The translations under genes were made by a program, and so were the position numbers. From sequence record OR699282.2: a stretch of DNA of 64,000 bases; one strand, written 5' to 3'. The notes below the pieces were generated by a model that was given only the letters and a program-made list of their open reading frames with translations, had not been told where the DNA came from and did no database searches. This document shows positions 1-9,861 of the stretch, in pieces. The stretch's first letter is position 1; the number at the start of each line of letters is the position of its first letter.

Positions 1-1760
1 TTATAAAAAATAGATTTATATCCAGACTTATGTTGTATTAAAAGAGCACCATTAGTAATTACTACCACACCACCATCTGGTGCAACTACATCACCTTTAC
101 ATTGTATTTCCCAACCTGAACGGTCTGCCTTTCCTCCACTTTGTGTTGGAACACCTTTCCCCCAGTAACCATATTGTCGAATAGTGCCGCTACATGGCAT
201 TAACATATGTAAACCTTCATATGTAATACTATATCCAGTCATCCCAGGATCAGATGTCATCAAATCTTGTGATTGAACTTGTTCAGTTTCTGATGTATAG
301 TTAACAAACTGAACAGCTTCAGTGTCTTGTGCTACGGGTAATTCTGGTGATACATCATTTGCTGGTTGTGGTTGTACTGGTGATTCACTAGAACCACTTC
401 CACCACCTTGTCTTGGTGGTTCAACATAACTACCATGATTTTCAGCGTTAACCCATGCAGCAATATCATGAATGTGTTCATTAAGACCAGCAGATGGTGT
501 TCTAAAGTTTGGTGCAGTAAATTCAGCAGTACCGCTATTACCACCACTATTAACTGTTAATGTTTGACCACCACCACTAATAATTGCTGATGATGATCCA
601 ATTAGGTTTGCAGATGTTGCGGCAGAAATAGAAGCATTTGAACCAGCCGTAATATCAGTACTGCTACCACTTTGCATACGTAATGATGCAGCAGTAACTA
701 AACGAAGGTCTGCCCCAGAATTAACAACAACTTGTCCACCAACTTTTGCATCAAGAGCACCAATTAGATCTAATTTAGTATTTGCACCAACTCGTGCATT
801 GAAATCTTGTCCGGTTTCAATATTATATGAACGTCCAGCAGTAATATTAATATCTTGACCAGCACGAATATTAATATTCTTATCACAGTGCATGTCAATA
901 TCACCTTCACCAGTGAATTTTATACGTGCAGTTCCATCACGGTTAATTAAAAGAACATCACCAGTAGCTTCTGATAAAAGAAGTTGTGCACCACTACGTG
1001 TTTTTATTACGACACCTTCATTTTTACGAGAACCAACACGTGTATCGTTTACTGGGTTATTAAATTGTGTATCTTGATATCCATCTGGGTCTTGATCCCA
1101 CGTTGGTGCTGTTAATTCCTCTTCAGTATATCCATCATCAATAATAAAACTATTACCACGTGGCGAAGACATACCATATACAGTACTGGTGGTTTGTCGA
1201 GTACTACTACGATTCGCCAACCCAGCTTCTTCGTCATATAAAAGGTTTTGCTTTTTAAGACCTGCGATAATTGGAACGTTAGCATATTTGTCTTGCATAT
1301 CGGTAGTGATAGTGTTACGATCATAGTCAGTAACAGGAAGTGGCATATCAGTTCCACCATAATTACTTACTTCAGTTGCCATACCTGGAACCATAGTATT
1401 CATACGCTGGTCATATACACAACCAATCCAATATGCTTGGAATGTACGGGCTTGTGCAAAAATTACAACAACTGTACACCCTACGTCTGGTGGTACTGCC
1501 CAAAAACCGTATCCTTTTGGATATTGACCATATGCATCAGCACTTGGAATACCTGGTGTTTTACCAGCAAAAGGAGACATGTAAGATGCTTCTATCCATG
1601 ATTCTTTTGAGTTTTTATCACTTTGAGAACCTTGTATCCAAACTTTCAGTTTTCCTGATTTAGTTGGATCTCTGTTATCCATAACAGTTGCTAACTGCGG
1701 ATAAGATGGGTCAAAACGACCCAACTGCTGTTGTGCATACTTTTTACTTGTATCTGCCAT
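1..1760 (-). CDS. gp5-like baseplate hub/spike protein, 3' end runs off the window
   Basis: Manual translation from ATG 1760 (MADTSKKY...) stays open to base 1. It has an N-terminal OB-fold-like DNRDPTKSGKLKVWI..W...MSPFAG segment, beta-helix repeats (NINIRAGQDINITAG) and an M23-like segment at the window edge. Absent from the ORF track because no stop lies in the window. Confidence 0.75.
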   Translation of the reverse strand, partial: MADTSKKYAQQQLGRFDPSYPQLATVMDNRDPTKSGKLKVWIQGSQSDKNSKESWIEASYMSPFAGKTPGIPSADAYGQYPKGYGFWAVPPDVGCTVVVIFAQARTFQAYWIGCVYDQRMNTMVPGMATEVSNYGGTDMPLPVTDYDRNTITTDMQDKYANVPIIAGLKKQNLLYDEEAGLANRSSTRQTTSTVYGMSSPRGNSFIIDDGYTEEELTAPTWDQDPDGYQDTQFNNPVNDTRVGSRKNEGVVIKTRSGAQLLLSEATGDVLLINRDGTARIKFTGEGDIDMHCDKNINIRAGQDINITAGRSYNIETGQDFNARVGANTKLDLIGALDAKVGGQVVVNSGADLRLVTAASLRMQSGSSTDITAGSNASISAATSANLIGSSSAIISGGGQTLTVNSGGNSGTAEFTAPNFRTPSAGLNEHIHDIAAWVNAENHGSYVEPPRQGGGSGSSESPVQPQPANDVSPELPVAQDTEAVQFVNYTSETEQVQSQDLMTSDPGMTGYSITYEGLHMLMPCSGTIRQYGYWGKGVPTQSGGKADRSGWEIQCKGDVVAPDGGVVVITNGALLIQHKSGYKSIFY

Positions 1761-1773
1761 AATATTTTATTCC

Positions 1774-4023
1774 TTAATCAACTATACTATCGTGACGTTT
1801 GAGTGCACGAATTACAATTGCAGCTTGAATTTGTTGTGTAAAAGAACCACCTGCACCAAAATCATGAACAATTTTATTAACACGATAAATTGTTTGGTTA
1901 AATGTGGTTGGTGTATTAATATCCAAAACACCAGTGTTATCATTTATTGATATTACTGGTTGTAATTTTAGTAATAGATACGCTTCAGATGTTATATAAT
2001 TTGCTACATGATAATCATCTGGGTTAATTTCCATATCTTCACCATTAATTACTTGTTCTAGATATTGTAAGTAAGAGTAATCACTCCACCCTAACCAGTA
2101 CGGGTCACCTACTACACGCATATCGAGTTTACACAAAAAAGGTCTATTGTAATAGTTGTCACGTATTTTACGTCTATCCATTTCATATGTGCTGCTGTTA
2201 TCGTTTAACGAAGCGGATAAAGTTGTTTCATTGTTAGTTGCTTCGGTTGGCATTGTGAACACTTCACCATAACGGTGACCAACACCATCAGTGCCACCAT
2301 CGTTTTCTTCATAAGTGGTTACATAATCTTCAATATATTGAGGTAAAACATTGACTTGATAGTTATTATAACGGTCTTGTTCTTCTGCGTTACCAACCTG
2401 CATTTGATTTTTTGCTAAAGTTTCAACTTCAGTTAACAATTGTTGTTGGGCTTGTGTTAACATCCCTCCTAAATCACGAGTTACACGTAAATCACTTGTT
2501 TTTGCCCATGCGTCTGGTATACTATTGTATTGTACACCTTGAATATTGAGTTCTTGGGATGTATGTGTACCTGCATGGTTCGCTACATCTTGTATCGGAC
2601 CAGGGTTACGTGTAGTGGCTACGAAAAATTGCTGATCAAATTTCAAATCCAAATCAAGTATCTCACTATTAAGCCCACTAAATTGATAATTATAAGTTTT
2701 CATGTTTATTTTTGGTTTTTGATCATTAGGATCTACGTATTTTTCTGCGTTCTCAAAAAAGTACTCAAATGTGAAATTTTCAGGTTGTAAATCCGATTCA
2801 TGAACAATATCACCTATTTTAAATCTAACAATATAAAAAATTACTTTATAAACAGAAGTATTACGATAATTATCAAAACCAACGTATTGTTTAACTGGTA
2901 TAATGTTTACAAATTGACGCACACTAGTACTATCATCGGCTTGTACAGTACATGTATCAATAACGTCATCAATAATTCGAGATATAGGAGTACTTGGGTT
3001 CCATGAAAAGTTTTTAGAACCTTGTGCACCACTTTTAGTTGTTCCGGCCTCTGCCATTTGTTTAGAATCATAGTTTATAAACAAATCTTGCAAATCAGGT
3101 GCTACTTTAAATTCGAAAAATTTACCTTCGGATAATTCACCAAATTTATATCTAAGATAACCATATTGTTGGTCAGCCATCTGATTTAATTTATCTTCTA
3201 AATCAAAGCAGAAGTCACCAAAGTTTTCAGCAGTACAATTGAATGGTTCTTTTAAGGTCCATTCAATGTTATCAACTAAAGCTGCTCTATTATGAACTAA
3301 GTTCATAGTATACATCATAGTACTACCACTTTGTGAAGCACTTGCAGTAACACTATTAATTTTAACTGACCAGCGTCTTGTTGTTTCTGGGATAATTTCA
3401 GGTATTCCATTTTTATTAAAGCCAATAAACTTTAATTCCAAGATCAATGGCAAGTCCATAAATTTATGATATCTAAGTTTGTTACTTAACGAAATTAATT
3501 CATCATATAGACTCATACTATTATTTTCAGACATATTAAGTACTGCTGTATTAAAACAATAGTTTGTTGTCATTCCTGGTGTTGAAGGTCCAGCTTGTGT
3601 CATTTGTACACTAGTGATATTATATTTGCCAGTAACACCACTTTCTGATATCACATGTCGTTGCACTTCTGCATCTGGGTAAAGCCAAAAGTTTTTAAAA
3701 TCATCTTTATCTAAGGCAAATAAACAAAAGTGCCAAGTTGGGTTATCATATTTCAATAATTTATTGTCATACGGTATTACAAACTGACTTAAATCGAGAT
3801 CTTCATAAACTTGATCAACACTAGCACTTTGTTTTGGTAATGATACTACATTACTTACATTTGCTTTGTAATTATTTTTTGTAATAGTTTTTACATCATT
3901 TTGTAATGTATTTGCTGTAGCTTTCAAACTATCAAGTGCATTAGATGTGGTGGTTTTAGCCTTACCAGTAATACTTGTAATATCATTTTGAAAATTATCA
4001 ACTGTACTTCGTAAATCTGCCAT
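1774..4023 (-). CDS. Large virion/baseplate hub protein (gp27-like position)
   Basis: 749-aa ORF between the gp5-like and gp53-like genes; C-terminal LDMRVVGDPYW...YRVNKIVHDF..G.FTQ resembles hub proteins. Confidence 0.5.
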   Translation of the reverse strand: MADLRSTVDNFQNDITSITGKAKTTTSNALDSLKATANTLQNDVKTITKNNYKANVSNVVSLPKQSASVDQVYEDLDLSQFVIPYDNKLLKYDNPTWHFCLFALDKDDFKNFWLYPDAEVQRHVISESGVTGKYNITSVQMTQAGPSTPGMTTNYCFNTAVLNMSENNSMSLYDELISLSNKLRYHKFMDLPLILELKFIGFNKNGIPEIIPETTRRWSVKINSVTASASQSGSTMMYTMNLVHNRAALVDNIEWTLKEPFNCTAENFGDFCFDLEDKLNQMADQQYGYLRYKFGELSEGKFFEFKVAPDLQDLFINYDSKQMAEAGTTKSGAQGSKNFSWNPSTPISRIIDDVIDTCTVQADDSTSVRQFVNIIPVKQYVGFDNYRNTSVYKVIFYIVRFKIGDIVHESDLQPENFTFEYFFENAEKYVDPNDQKPKINMKTYNYQFSGLNSEILDLDLKFDQQFFVATTRNPGPIQDVANHAGTHTSQELNIQGVQYNSIPDAWAKTSDLRVTRDLGGMLTQAQQQLLTEVETLAKNQMQVGNAEEQDRYNNYQVNVLPQYIEDYVTTYEENDGGTDGVGHRYGEVFTMPTEATNNETTLSASLNDNSSTYEMDRRKIRDNYYNRPFLCKLDMRVVGDPYWLGWSDYSYLQYLEQVINGEDMEINPDDYHVANYITSEAYLLLKLQPVISINDNTGVLDINTPTTFNQTIYRVNKIVHDFGAGGSFTQQIQAAIVIRALKRHDSIVD

Positions 4024-4034
4024 ACGTTACTCCA

Positions 4035-4349
4035 TTAGCCTATGTTTCGAGTACCATTAAGATAATTCTGTACTCTTTGATTTGCTGGTATTCTAATTGT
4101 TACTCCACTTTTAAAATTATATATAGGATCTTCTCCTAGTATGTCTGGATTTAACAATGCGAAAATATAATATAAGCGTTCATTACCATACATTTCGTAT
4201 GCTAAACGCCAAGGTTGATATTCATATTTCAATGGGATCTCATAAAAATCATCAGTATCAGCCGGAACAATATCACGTGGTAAATTATACCCAAGATACC
4301 ATGTTTGTTTCACCTTAGCGTAAGGTGAGTATTGACTATAGTTGGACAT
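4035..4349 (-). CDS. gp53-like/LysM-like baseplate wedge protein
   Basis: 104 aa with YEYQPWRLAYEMYGNERLYYIFALLNP...G..IRIP, the pattern of gp53/tail-X proteins. Confidence 0.7.
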   Translation of the reverse strand: MSNYSQYSPYAKVKQTWYLGYNLPRDIVPADTDDFYEIPLKYEYQPWRLAYEMYGNERLYYIFALLNPDILGEDPIYNFKSGVTIRIPANQRVQNYLNGTRNIG

Positions 4350-5080
4350 TAAATGAATCCTCCTTTACGTAATAGTTCACCACGTTTGAATGCATTGAGG
4401 TTGAACGTTTTAGTCATATAATCCGATGTTGGTTGTTCTTCAAGTTGTAACATAACTGAGATTTTTTGTGGAACCCAAACTTCATCTTGTGGGTTCATAT
4501 ATCCAGTACTTCTAAGTTGTTCGAAGAATTTTCTACTATCCATGTCGGATAAATTAAAAGTACTATCGCTACTATTCAACGGAACTTGAATATAAGAAAC
4601 ATCATTTGGGTAAGTAAAATTATAAGATTTTAAAATAACAGGAATATCATTATATGTATAACGACCATATCCACTTAGAAGTAAGATTGGTGGTGGTGCA
4701 CCTGCAATTGCGAGTTCGGGGTTATTAGCCGAAGCAGCTTGTCTACCAAAATCCATCAACGAAACAGAACGTATAAAATGAACACATGCCAACGCATACA
4801 TAGCTTCTGCTGCGGTATTCGCATAAAATTCACCCTGAATCGTGAAAACTGTATTAGTAGTGTTCTTATAGTTGTTATAGTTACTGTTAGTATGTATAGG
4901 GGACTGTGTTTCATACTGAATTGACCTTTGTTCAGTAATTGTTGGTGTTACAGTCCAAACCAACCCATTAGTTGGACGCAGAAACGAAAGTAGAGTTGGT
5001 TCGGAGCTATCTCCAAAATCACCATATACATAGTTAGCACCTGCGGCTTTAGGTCGTAATCGAATTCTACGATCAATCAT
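4349..5080 (-). CDS. Baseplate tail-tube initiator/cap-like protein (gp48/gp54-like)
   Basis: Likely start ATG 5080 (MIDRRIRLRP) with GGAG upstream and TATAAATA at 5116-5123. PPILLLSGYGRYTYNDIPVILKSYNFTYP is a tube-fold signature. Confidence 0.6.
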   Translation of the reverse strand: MIDRRIRLRPKAAGANYVYGDFGDSSEPTLLSFLRPTNGLVWTVTPTITEQRSIQYETQSPIHTNSNYNNYKNTTNTVFTIQGEFYANTAAEAMYALACVHFIRSVSLMDFGRQAASANNPELAIAGAPPPILLLSGYGRYTYNDIPVILKSYNFTYPNDVSYIQVPLNSSDSTFNLSDMDSRKFFEQLRSTGYMNPQDEVWVPQKISVMLQLEEQPTSDYMTKTFNLNAFKRGELLRKGGFI

Positions 5081-5115
5081 CTTTTTGATTCTCCATAATA
5101 AGGGAACATTTGATG

Positions 5116-5123
5116 TATTTATA
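5116..5123 (-). promoter_or_regulatory. T4-type late promoter TATAAATA
   Basis: Exact T4 late consensus 36 nt upstream of the baseplate gene start. Confidence 0.7.
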
Positions 5124-5126
5124 CGT

Positions 5127-5154
5127 GGGACAAACTGCTTTTTGGTGCTATAAT
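5127..5154 (+). promoter_or_regulatory. Phage early/middle-type promoter GGGACA-N16-TATAAT
   Basis: GGGACA 5127-5132, TGC, TATAAT 5149-5154; upstream of the sigma factor gene. Confidence 0.7.
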
Positions 5155-5211
5155 AACATTGATGGTACAAGGATTGTACCTATTGGATTTAAACATGGAG
5201 AGTAAAATACA

Positions 5212-6051
5212 ATGACAAATAGACCAAAGCGTAAAAAGTATCTCAATAATGCTGATTTACTTCGTGAAATACAAAAAAGTAAAATTTCATATTGCTGGTT
5301 ATTAGACAAATCATATAGTATGTATGATTATATTGTTTTTCATGAGTCAGAAATTACTGCTGAGTTACTAGAAAAAGCTAAGGCAGCACGAATTAAACGA
5401 CTGAACAATGAAATGCTTGATAGTATTCGTGAAAAGGAAAATATGAGTGCTAAAAAAGCTAAAGAATATGCAGATGAACACAATTTAGTTATCACTGACG
5501 TTCCAATTGATGAAGTTGTTATTCGTGTTATTACAGATGAACATATTCCACCAGATACTAGAGTTAACTTTGAACCATTCAAGCATTATATTGTAGATAA
5601 TGAAGGTATTCTCTATGAAGTTTGTCGTTCTCACTGGAAAGGCGACCTTGAAACTGGTGAATTCAGTACTGTTCATGGTAAAATTACAAATGAACTTGGG
5701 AAGATGTTCATTAAACTTGCAGAGGAAATCTCACACAAATCTAATTACAGAAACTATACATACTTAGATGAAATGATGGGTGATGCAAGAATACAATTAG
5801 TTAAAAACGCACTTCTCTTTAAAGAGAGCATTCTTTATAAAAAAGATAAACCAGCAGTTCAGCTAAATCCTTTCTCTTACTATACATCATTCGTAAACAA
5901 TAGTTTTCGTTCTATATTGAATAGTGAGAAAAATGTTCGAAATATACGTGATGATTTACTTGAAATGCATGGCTTTACGCCATCACATACACGTCAAATT
6001 GAAATTGAATTGAACATGATTGAAAGGAAAAATGAAGATGGCTCTGTTTGA
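5212..6051 (+). CDS. gp55-like sigma factor for late transcription
   Basis: KYLNNADLLREI at the N-terminus, NYRNYTYLDEMMGDA and NPFSYYTSFVNNSF motifs; sits upstream of gp47/gp46 as in T4-like phages. Confidence 0.85.
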   Translation: MTNRPKRKKYLNNADLLREIQKSKISYCWLLDKSYSMYDYIVFHESEITAELLEKAKAARIKRLNNEMLDSIREKENMSAKKAKEYADEHNLVITDVPIDEVVIRVITDEHIPPDTRVNFEPFKHYIVDNEGILYEVCRSHWKGDLETGEFSTVHGKITNELGKMFIKLAEEISHKSNYRNYTYLDEMMGDARIQLVKNALLFKESILYKKDKPAVQLNPFSYYTSFVNNSFRSILNSEKNVRNIRDDLLEMHGFTPSHTRQIEIELNMIERKNEDGSV

Positions 6052-7069
6052 TAAAGCAATTACATTCACTGATATTCATTTAGGTTTAAAGAATAACAGC
6101 AAGCAACACAATGAAGATTGTTTAAACTTCATTAAATTCATGATTGAGGTAGCTAAAAAAAATAATATCAAAGTTTGTGTTTTTATGGGAGATTATTTTC
6201 ATAATAGAAGTAATATCAATATCCAAACACTAAACTATGGTTTACAAATTCTTCAATTATTAAATGATAATTTTGAAAAAGTATATTTTTTAGTAGGCAA
6301 CCATGATATGTATCATAAAAACAAACGTGATATAACAAGTATCAATATGGCTCAAGTTTATGAAAATATAGAATTCATTAATGAAATTACAACATTTGAT
6401 GATTGTACTTTCATTCCATTTATGATTGAAGATGAATATAAGTTGTTACCTCAACTAAAAAGTAAGTATGTTTTTGGTCACTTAGAGTTACCAGGTTACT
6501 TGCTTAACAAGATGGTAGAAATGCCTGATCATGGAAAAGAAACAGAAGGTTCTTTTGGTGGTTGTGAGTATGTTTTTAGTGGGCATTTTCATAAAAGGCA
6601 GTCAAAAACAACTTCAAAAGGAACTCGTGTAGTTTATACTGGTAATTGTTTTCCACATAATTTTTCCGATACATGGGATGATGCAAGAGGTGTGATGATT
6701 CTTGAACATGGAAAAGAACCTATTTTCAAGTCATGGGATAATGCACCAAAATATAGAACATTTACACTTTCTGAATTGTTGACTGATCCAAGCTATTATC
6801 TACAAGATAACACAATATCAAAAGTTCAAGTTGATATATCAATAACAACTGATGAGATTAGTTTTATTCGTGATACATTTACTAAACTTTATAACATTAG
6901 GGAGTTTAATGTTGTAACTAGCAAGCAAAGTATTTCAGAATTAATCGAAGATGGTGTTAGTTTTGAAAGTACTGAATCAGTTGATGAGATTGTGTTGCAG
7001 CAAATTATGGAAATTGACTCACCCATGTTTGATAAAAATCTTCTAATCCAAATTTACAGATCGTTATAA
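6038..7069 (+). CDS. gp47-like recombination nuclease (Mre11/SbcD family)
   Basis: Metallophosphoesterase motifs FTDIHLG, MGDYFH, VGNHD, GHLE, SGHFH. Confidence 0.92.
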   Translation: MALFDKAITFTDIHLGLKNNSKQHNEDCLNFIKFMIEVAKKNNIKVCVFMGDYFHNRSNINIQTLNYGLQILQLLNDNFEKVYFLVGNHDMYHKNKRDITSINMAQVYENIEFINEITTFDDCTFIPFMIEDEYKLLPQLKSKYVFGHLELPGYLLNKMVEMPDHGKETEGSFGGCEYVFSGHFHKRQSKTTSKGTRVVYTGNCFPHNFSDTWDDARGVMILEHGKEPIFKSWDNAPKYRTFTLSELLTDPSYYLQDNTISKVQVDISITTDEISFIRDTFTKLYNIREFNVVTSKQSISELIEDGVSFESTESVDEIVLQQIMEIDSPMFDKNLLIQIYRSL

Positions 7070-7077
7070 GGGACTAT

Positions 7078-9225
7078 ATGCTAAACATTACACGTATATC
7101 TATGAGGAACTTCTTTTCATTTGGTAATGCACCACAATCAATTGAATTGAATGGTTCTGACATTTCATTAGTACTGGGTCAAAATAATGATGCAGTTATT
7201 GAAGGTGGTGACAGTACCGGACGTCGAAATGGTGTAGGGAAAAGTGCTATTATTCAAGGATTAGTTTTTGGATTATTTGGGAAAAGTATTGGTAATGATA
7301 TTAAAATTCCTAACTTAGTCAATAAAACTAATGGTAAAAATTGTGAAGTAGTTGTAGAGTTTGAAAAAGATGGTGTACAATATCTGGTTGAACGTGGGAG
7401 AAGTCCCACGTATTTCAATTTTGTTACTTTAGGGAAAGATAATAAAATTGAAGATGAATCAAGGGGAGAAAAGAAAGACACACAAGAAGATTTGAATGAA
7501 ATTCTTGGTATATCTCAATTATTATTTGAACATATTGTAGTACTGAATGCTAACGTTGAACCTTTCTTAGCTTTATCCACACAAAAACAACGTGATATGA
7601 TAGAAGAACTTCTTGGAATAACACAGTTGACGGAAAAAGCTGAAATGCTAAAGGAGATGTATAAGGATACTAAACGTTTAGCCGAACAAGAAAAGTTCAA
7701 AAATGAAACTGTAGCTGCAAGTAATGAACGTATTCAAAAAAGTATTGAGACACTACAAGAACAGGCAAACCAGTTTGAAATTGATAAAAATAATAGAGTA
7801 TCTAAGTTAAATGAAGAGTTGAATATATATAAAACTTTAGACTTTAATGACCTCTATGAAGCTGCTGATATAAAAGAGAAAGCTCTTATTCATAACGCAA
7901 AGCGTGGGGAAATCGAACGCCGTGTACAAGAGTTGGCTTTAAAATTTGATGCATATGACCGTGAACTTGAAAGATCTAAAAGAGCATTAAATCTAAGCAT
8001 TGATAAGCTAAAAACTATTGATATTAGTGCAGAATTGGAAAATCATAATGAGTTGGAGATATGGAAACAGTTAGAGGGTATTCTAAAAGAGAATAATAAC
8101 CAAAAACGTTTCAAAGAACAAAAACTAAACTCACTAAAAATAGCTTTAAAAGGATATGAATGTTCAATTAATGCTGAAATTGACAAATTATCAACAGTTG
8201 AAAACAGCAAATGTCCACTTTGTATGTCTGAATTAGAACATAACGAACATACTTCTTCAATTAAAGACAAAATCCAAAGTACTATTAATGATCTTCAAGC
8301 TAAAATTGATAGTTCTTCTTCTGAAATTGAAACATTACTTCAAGAAATTGATAGTATTGAGATTTTTGATATGCCACCTAAGCCTGTGACATATTATAAT
8401 ACACTTTCAGAAGCACAAATGCATGAACATAAGCTTCAAGAATTGGTCAGAAAGAGTGAAGAAGAACAAATAAACATCTATGCAAATGAACTTATGTCAT
8501 CATATGATGAACTTAACTCATATGAACTAATGGAAGTTCCAGATACATTAAACAAATATGAAGTTAAAGAGTTAGAAATGACTGTAAATTCATTATCACA
8601 GCAATTAGATCGTGAATTGAAGACTACTAACACATTTATTAGCCAAATTAATACCCTGAAGACTGATTCTTTAGTACCAATCGATTATAGCGACTATAAT
8701 AATCTTGATAAAATGTCAAATCACCAAGATTTCTTGGTTAAATTACTTTTAAACAAGGATTCTTATGTCCGTAAACGTATTATTGAGCAAAATATCTCAT
8801 ATTTGAATACACGACTTCAGTACTATATCGATATGTGCGGTTCTGAGCATAATGTTGTGTTTTTGAATGATTTGAGTGTTGAAATTGAGAAGAGTGGACA
8901 GTACTTTGACTATAAACAGCTTAGTAGAGGTGAGCGTACAAGGGTAAACATCGCATTATCTTGTGCTTTCCGTGATACATATGAGTCATTATACCAAAGT
9001 ATTAATATTCTTATCATTGATGAGATGATTGACCAAGGTCTTGACTCAAGTGGTGTTCTACGTGTGTGGTCTATCTTCCAAGATATGGCTGCTGTACGTG
9101 GTAAGAACGTTTATGCTATTTCCCACAGAGAAGAGTTACTATCTAAGACTGAAAAAATCCTCAAAGTTGTTAAAGAGGACGGTTTCAGTACTGTTGAATA
9201 TGCAACCCTTGACGATGTTTTCTAA
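7078..9225 (+). CDS. gp46-like recombination ATPase (Rad50/SbcC family)
   Basis: Walker A NGVGKS, coiled coil with CPLC zinc hook, LSRGE signature, Walker B IIDE and SH switch. Confidence 0.92.
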   Translation: MLNITRISMRNFFSFGNAPQSIELNGSDISLVLGQNNDAVIEGGDSTGRRNGVGKSAIIQGLVFGLFGKSIGNDIKIPNLVNKTNGKNCEVVVEFEKDGVQYLVERGRSPTYFNFVTLGKDNKIEDESRGEKKDTQEDLNEILGISQLLFEHIVVLNANVEPFLALSTQKQRDMIEELLGITQLTEKAEMLKEMYKDTKRLAEQEKFKNETVAASNERIQKSIETLQEQANQFEIDKNNRVSKLNEELNIYKTLDFNDLYEAADIKEKALIHNAKRGEIERRVQELALKFDAYDRELERSKRALNLSIDKLKTIDISAELENHNELEIWKQLEGILKENNNQKRFKEQKLNSLKIALKGYECSINAEIDKLSTVENSKCPLCMSELEHNEHTSSIKDKIQSTINDLQAKIDSSSSEIETLLQEIDSIEIFDMPPKPVTYYNTLSEAQMHEHKLQELVRKSEEEQINIYANELMSSYDELNSYELMEVPDTLNKYEVKELEMTVNSLSQQLDRELKTTNTFISQINTLKTDSLVPIDYSDYNNLDKMSNHQDFLVKLLLNKDSYVRKRIIEQNISYLNTRLQYYIDMCGSEHNVVFLNDLSVEIEKSGQYFDYKQLSRGERTRVNIALSCAFRDTYESLYQSINILIIDEMIDQGLDSSGVLRVWSIFQDMAAVRGKNVYAISHREELLSKTEKILKVVKEDGFSTVEYATLDDVF

Positions 9226-9234
9226 TTAAAGATA

Positions 9235-9259
9235 AAGGGAGCCTTAGCTCCCTTTTTTT
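9235..9259. terminator. Intrinsic terminator between convergent genes
   Basis: AAGGGAGC-CTTA-GCTCCCTT followed by a T run. Confidence 0.75.
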
Positions 9260-9735
9260 ATATCAACCATATTTAATTTACCGTCCTTAATCAGCTTTCT
9301 AGCTTGCTTTACACGAGCAGTAGTGTTACTACCAGGGACAACTCCTAACCCTTCCAGAATCGCGTTTTGCTGTGTTGCTGGAAGCCTTTTAAACTTATTA
9401 ACATCCACAGTTAGTGCAGTGTGATGTATAACTTGTTCATCGTCAGGAATGCTGTTATTACGCTCTAAGTAATCAGCAAGATTTCTGAGTACCTCATATA
9501 ATGGTTTATCAGTTAAGTGCTTCATATATCGATTGAAGCTGTTTTGTACCTTTCCTTCCCAAGCATTGACTTCATTTTGAAGAACTTGTCTACAATGTTG
9601 GTTACCATAGTGGTAGTGATCCAGTACTGGTTTAGTTATTGGTTCTTTAATTATAGGATCTATTCCATTTTGTTTCTTTAGTAATTCGTTTCGATAGTTT
9701 GCAGCATCCTTACTATCTTTTAATCTTTTTTTCAT
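9244..9735 (-). CDS. Endonuclease VII (gp49-like Holliday junction resolvase)
   Basis: Q.GIDPI...I..PVLDH.H...HCRQVL..EVN.WEGKV...F.RY pattern. Confidence 0.8.
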   Translation of the reverse strand: MKKRLKDSKDAANYRNELLKKQNGIDPIIKEPITKPVLDHYHYGNQHCRQVLQNEVNAWEGKVQNSFNRYMKHLTDKPLYEVLRNLADYLERNNSIPDDEQVIHHTALTVDVNKFKRLPATQQNAILEGLGVVPGSNTTARVKQARKLIKDGKLNMVDIKKGS

Positions 9736-9765
9736 AATTCCTCACCAAACTATTTGTTATCAAAA

Positions 9766-9773
9766 TATTTATA
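9766..9773 (-). promoter_or_regulatory. Late promoter TATAAATA for endonuclease VII
   Basis: Exact consensus 31 nt upstream of ATG 9735; GAGG RBS. Confidence 0.65.
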
Positions 9774-9827
9774 GATTAATTATTTGCAATATTTTAAGTA
9801 CTTAATGAATATTTTTATAAAAATAGT

Positions 9828-9855
9828 GAGACAACTTTAAAGTTTGTGCTATAAT
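9828..9855 (+). promoter_or_regulatory. Promoter GAGACA-N16-TATAAT driving an ORF-free region
   Basis: GAGACA 9828-9833, TGC, TATAAT 9850-9855; same architecture as 10 gene-driving promoters in the window. Confidence 0.75.
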
Positions 9856-9861
9856 GTTTGT

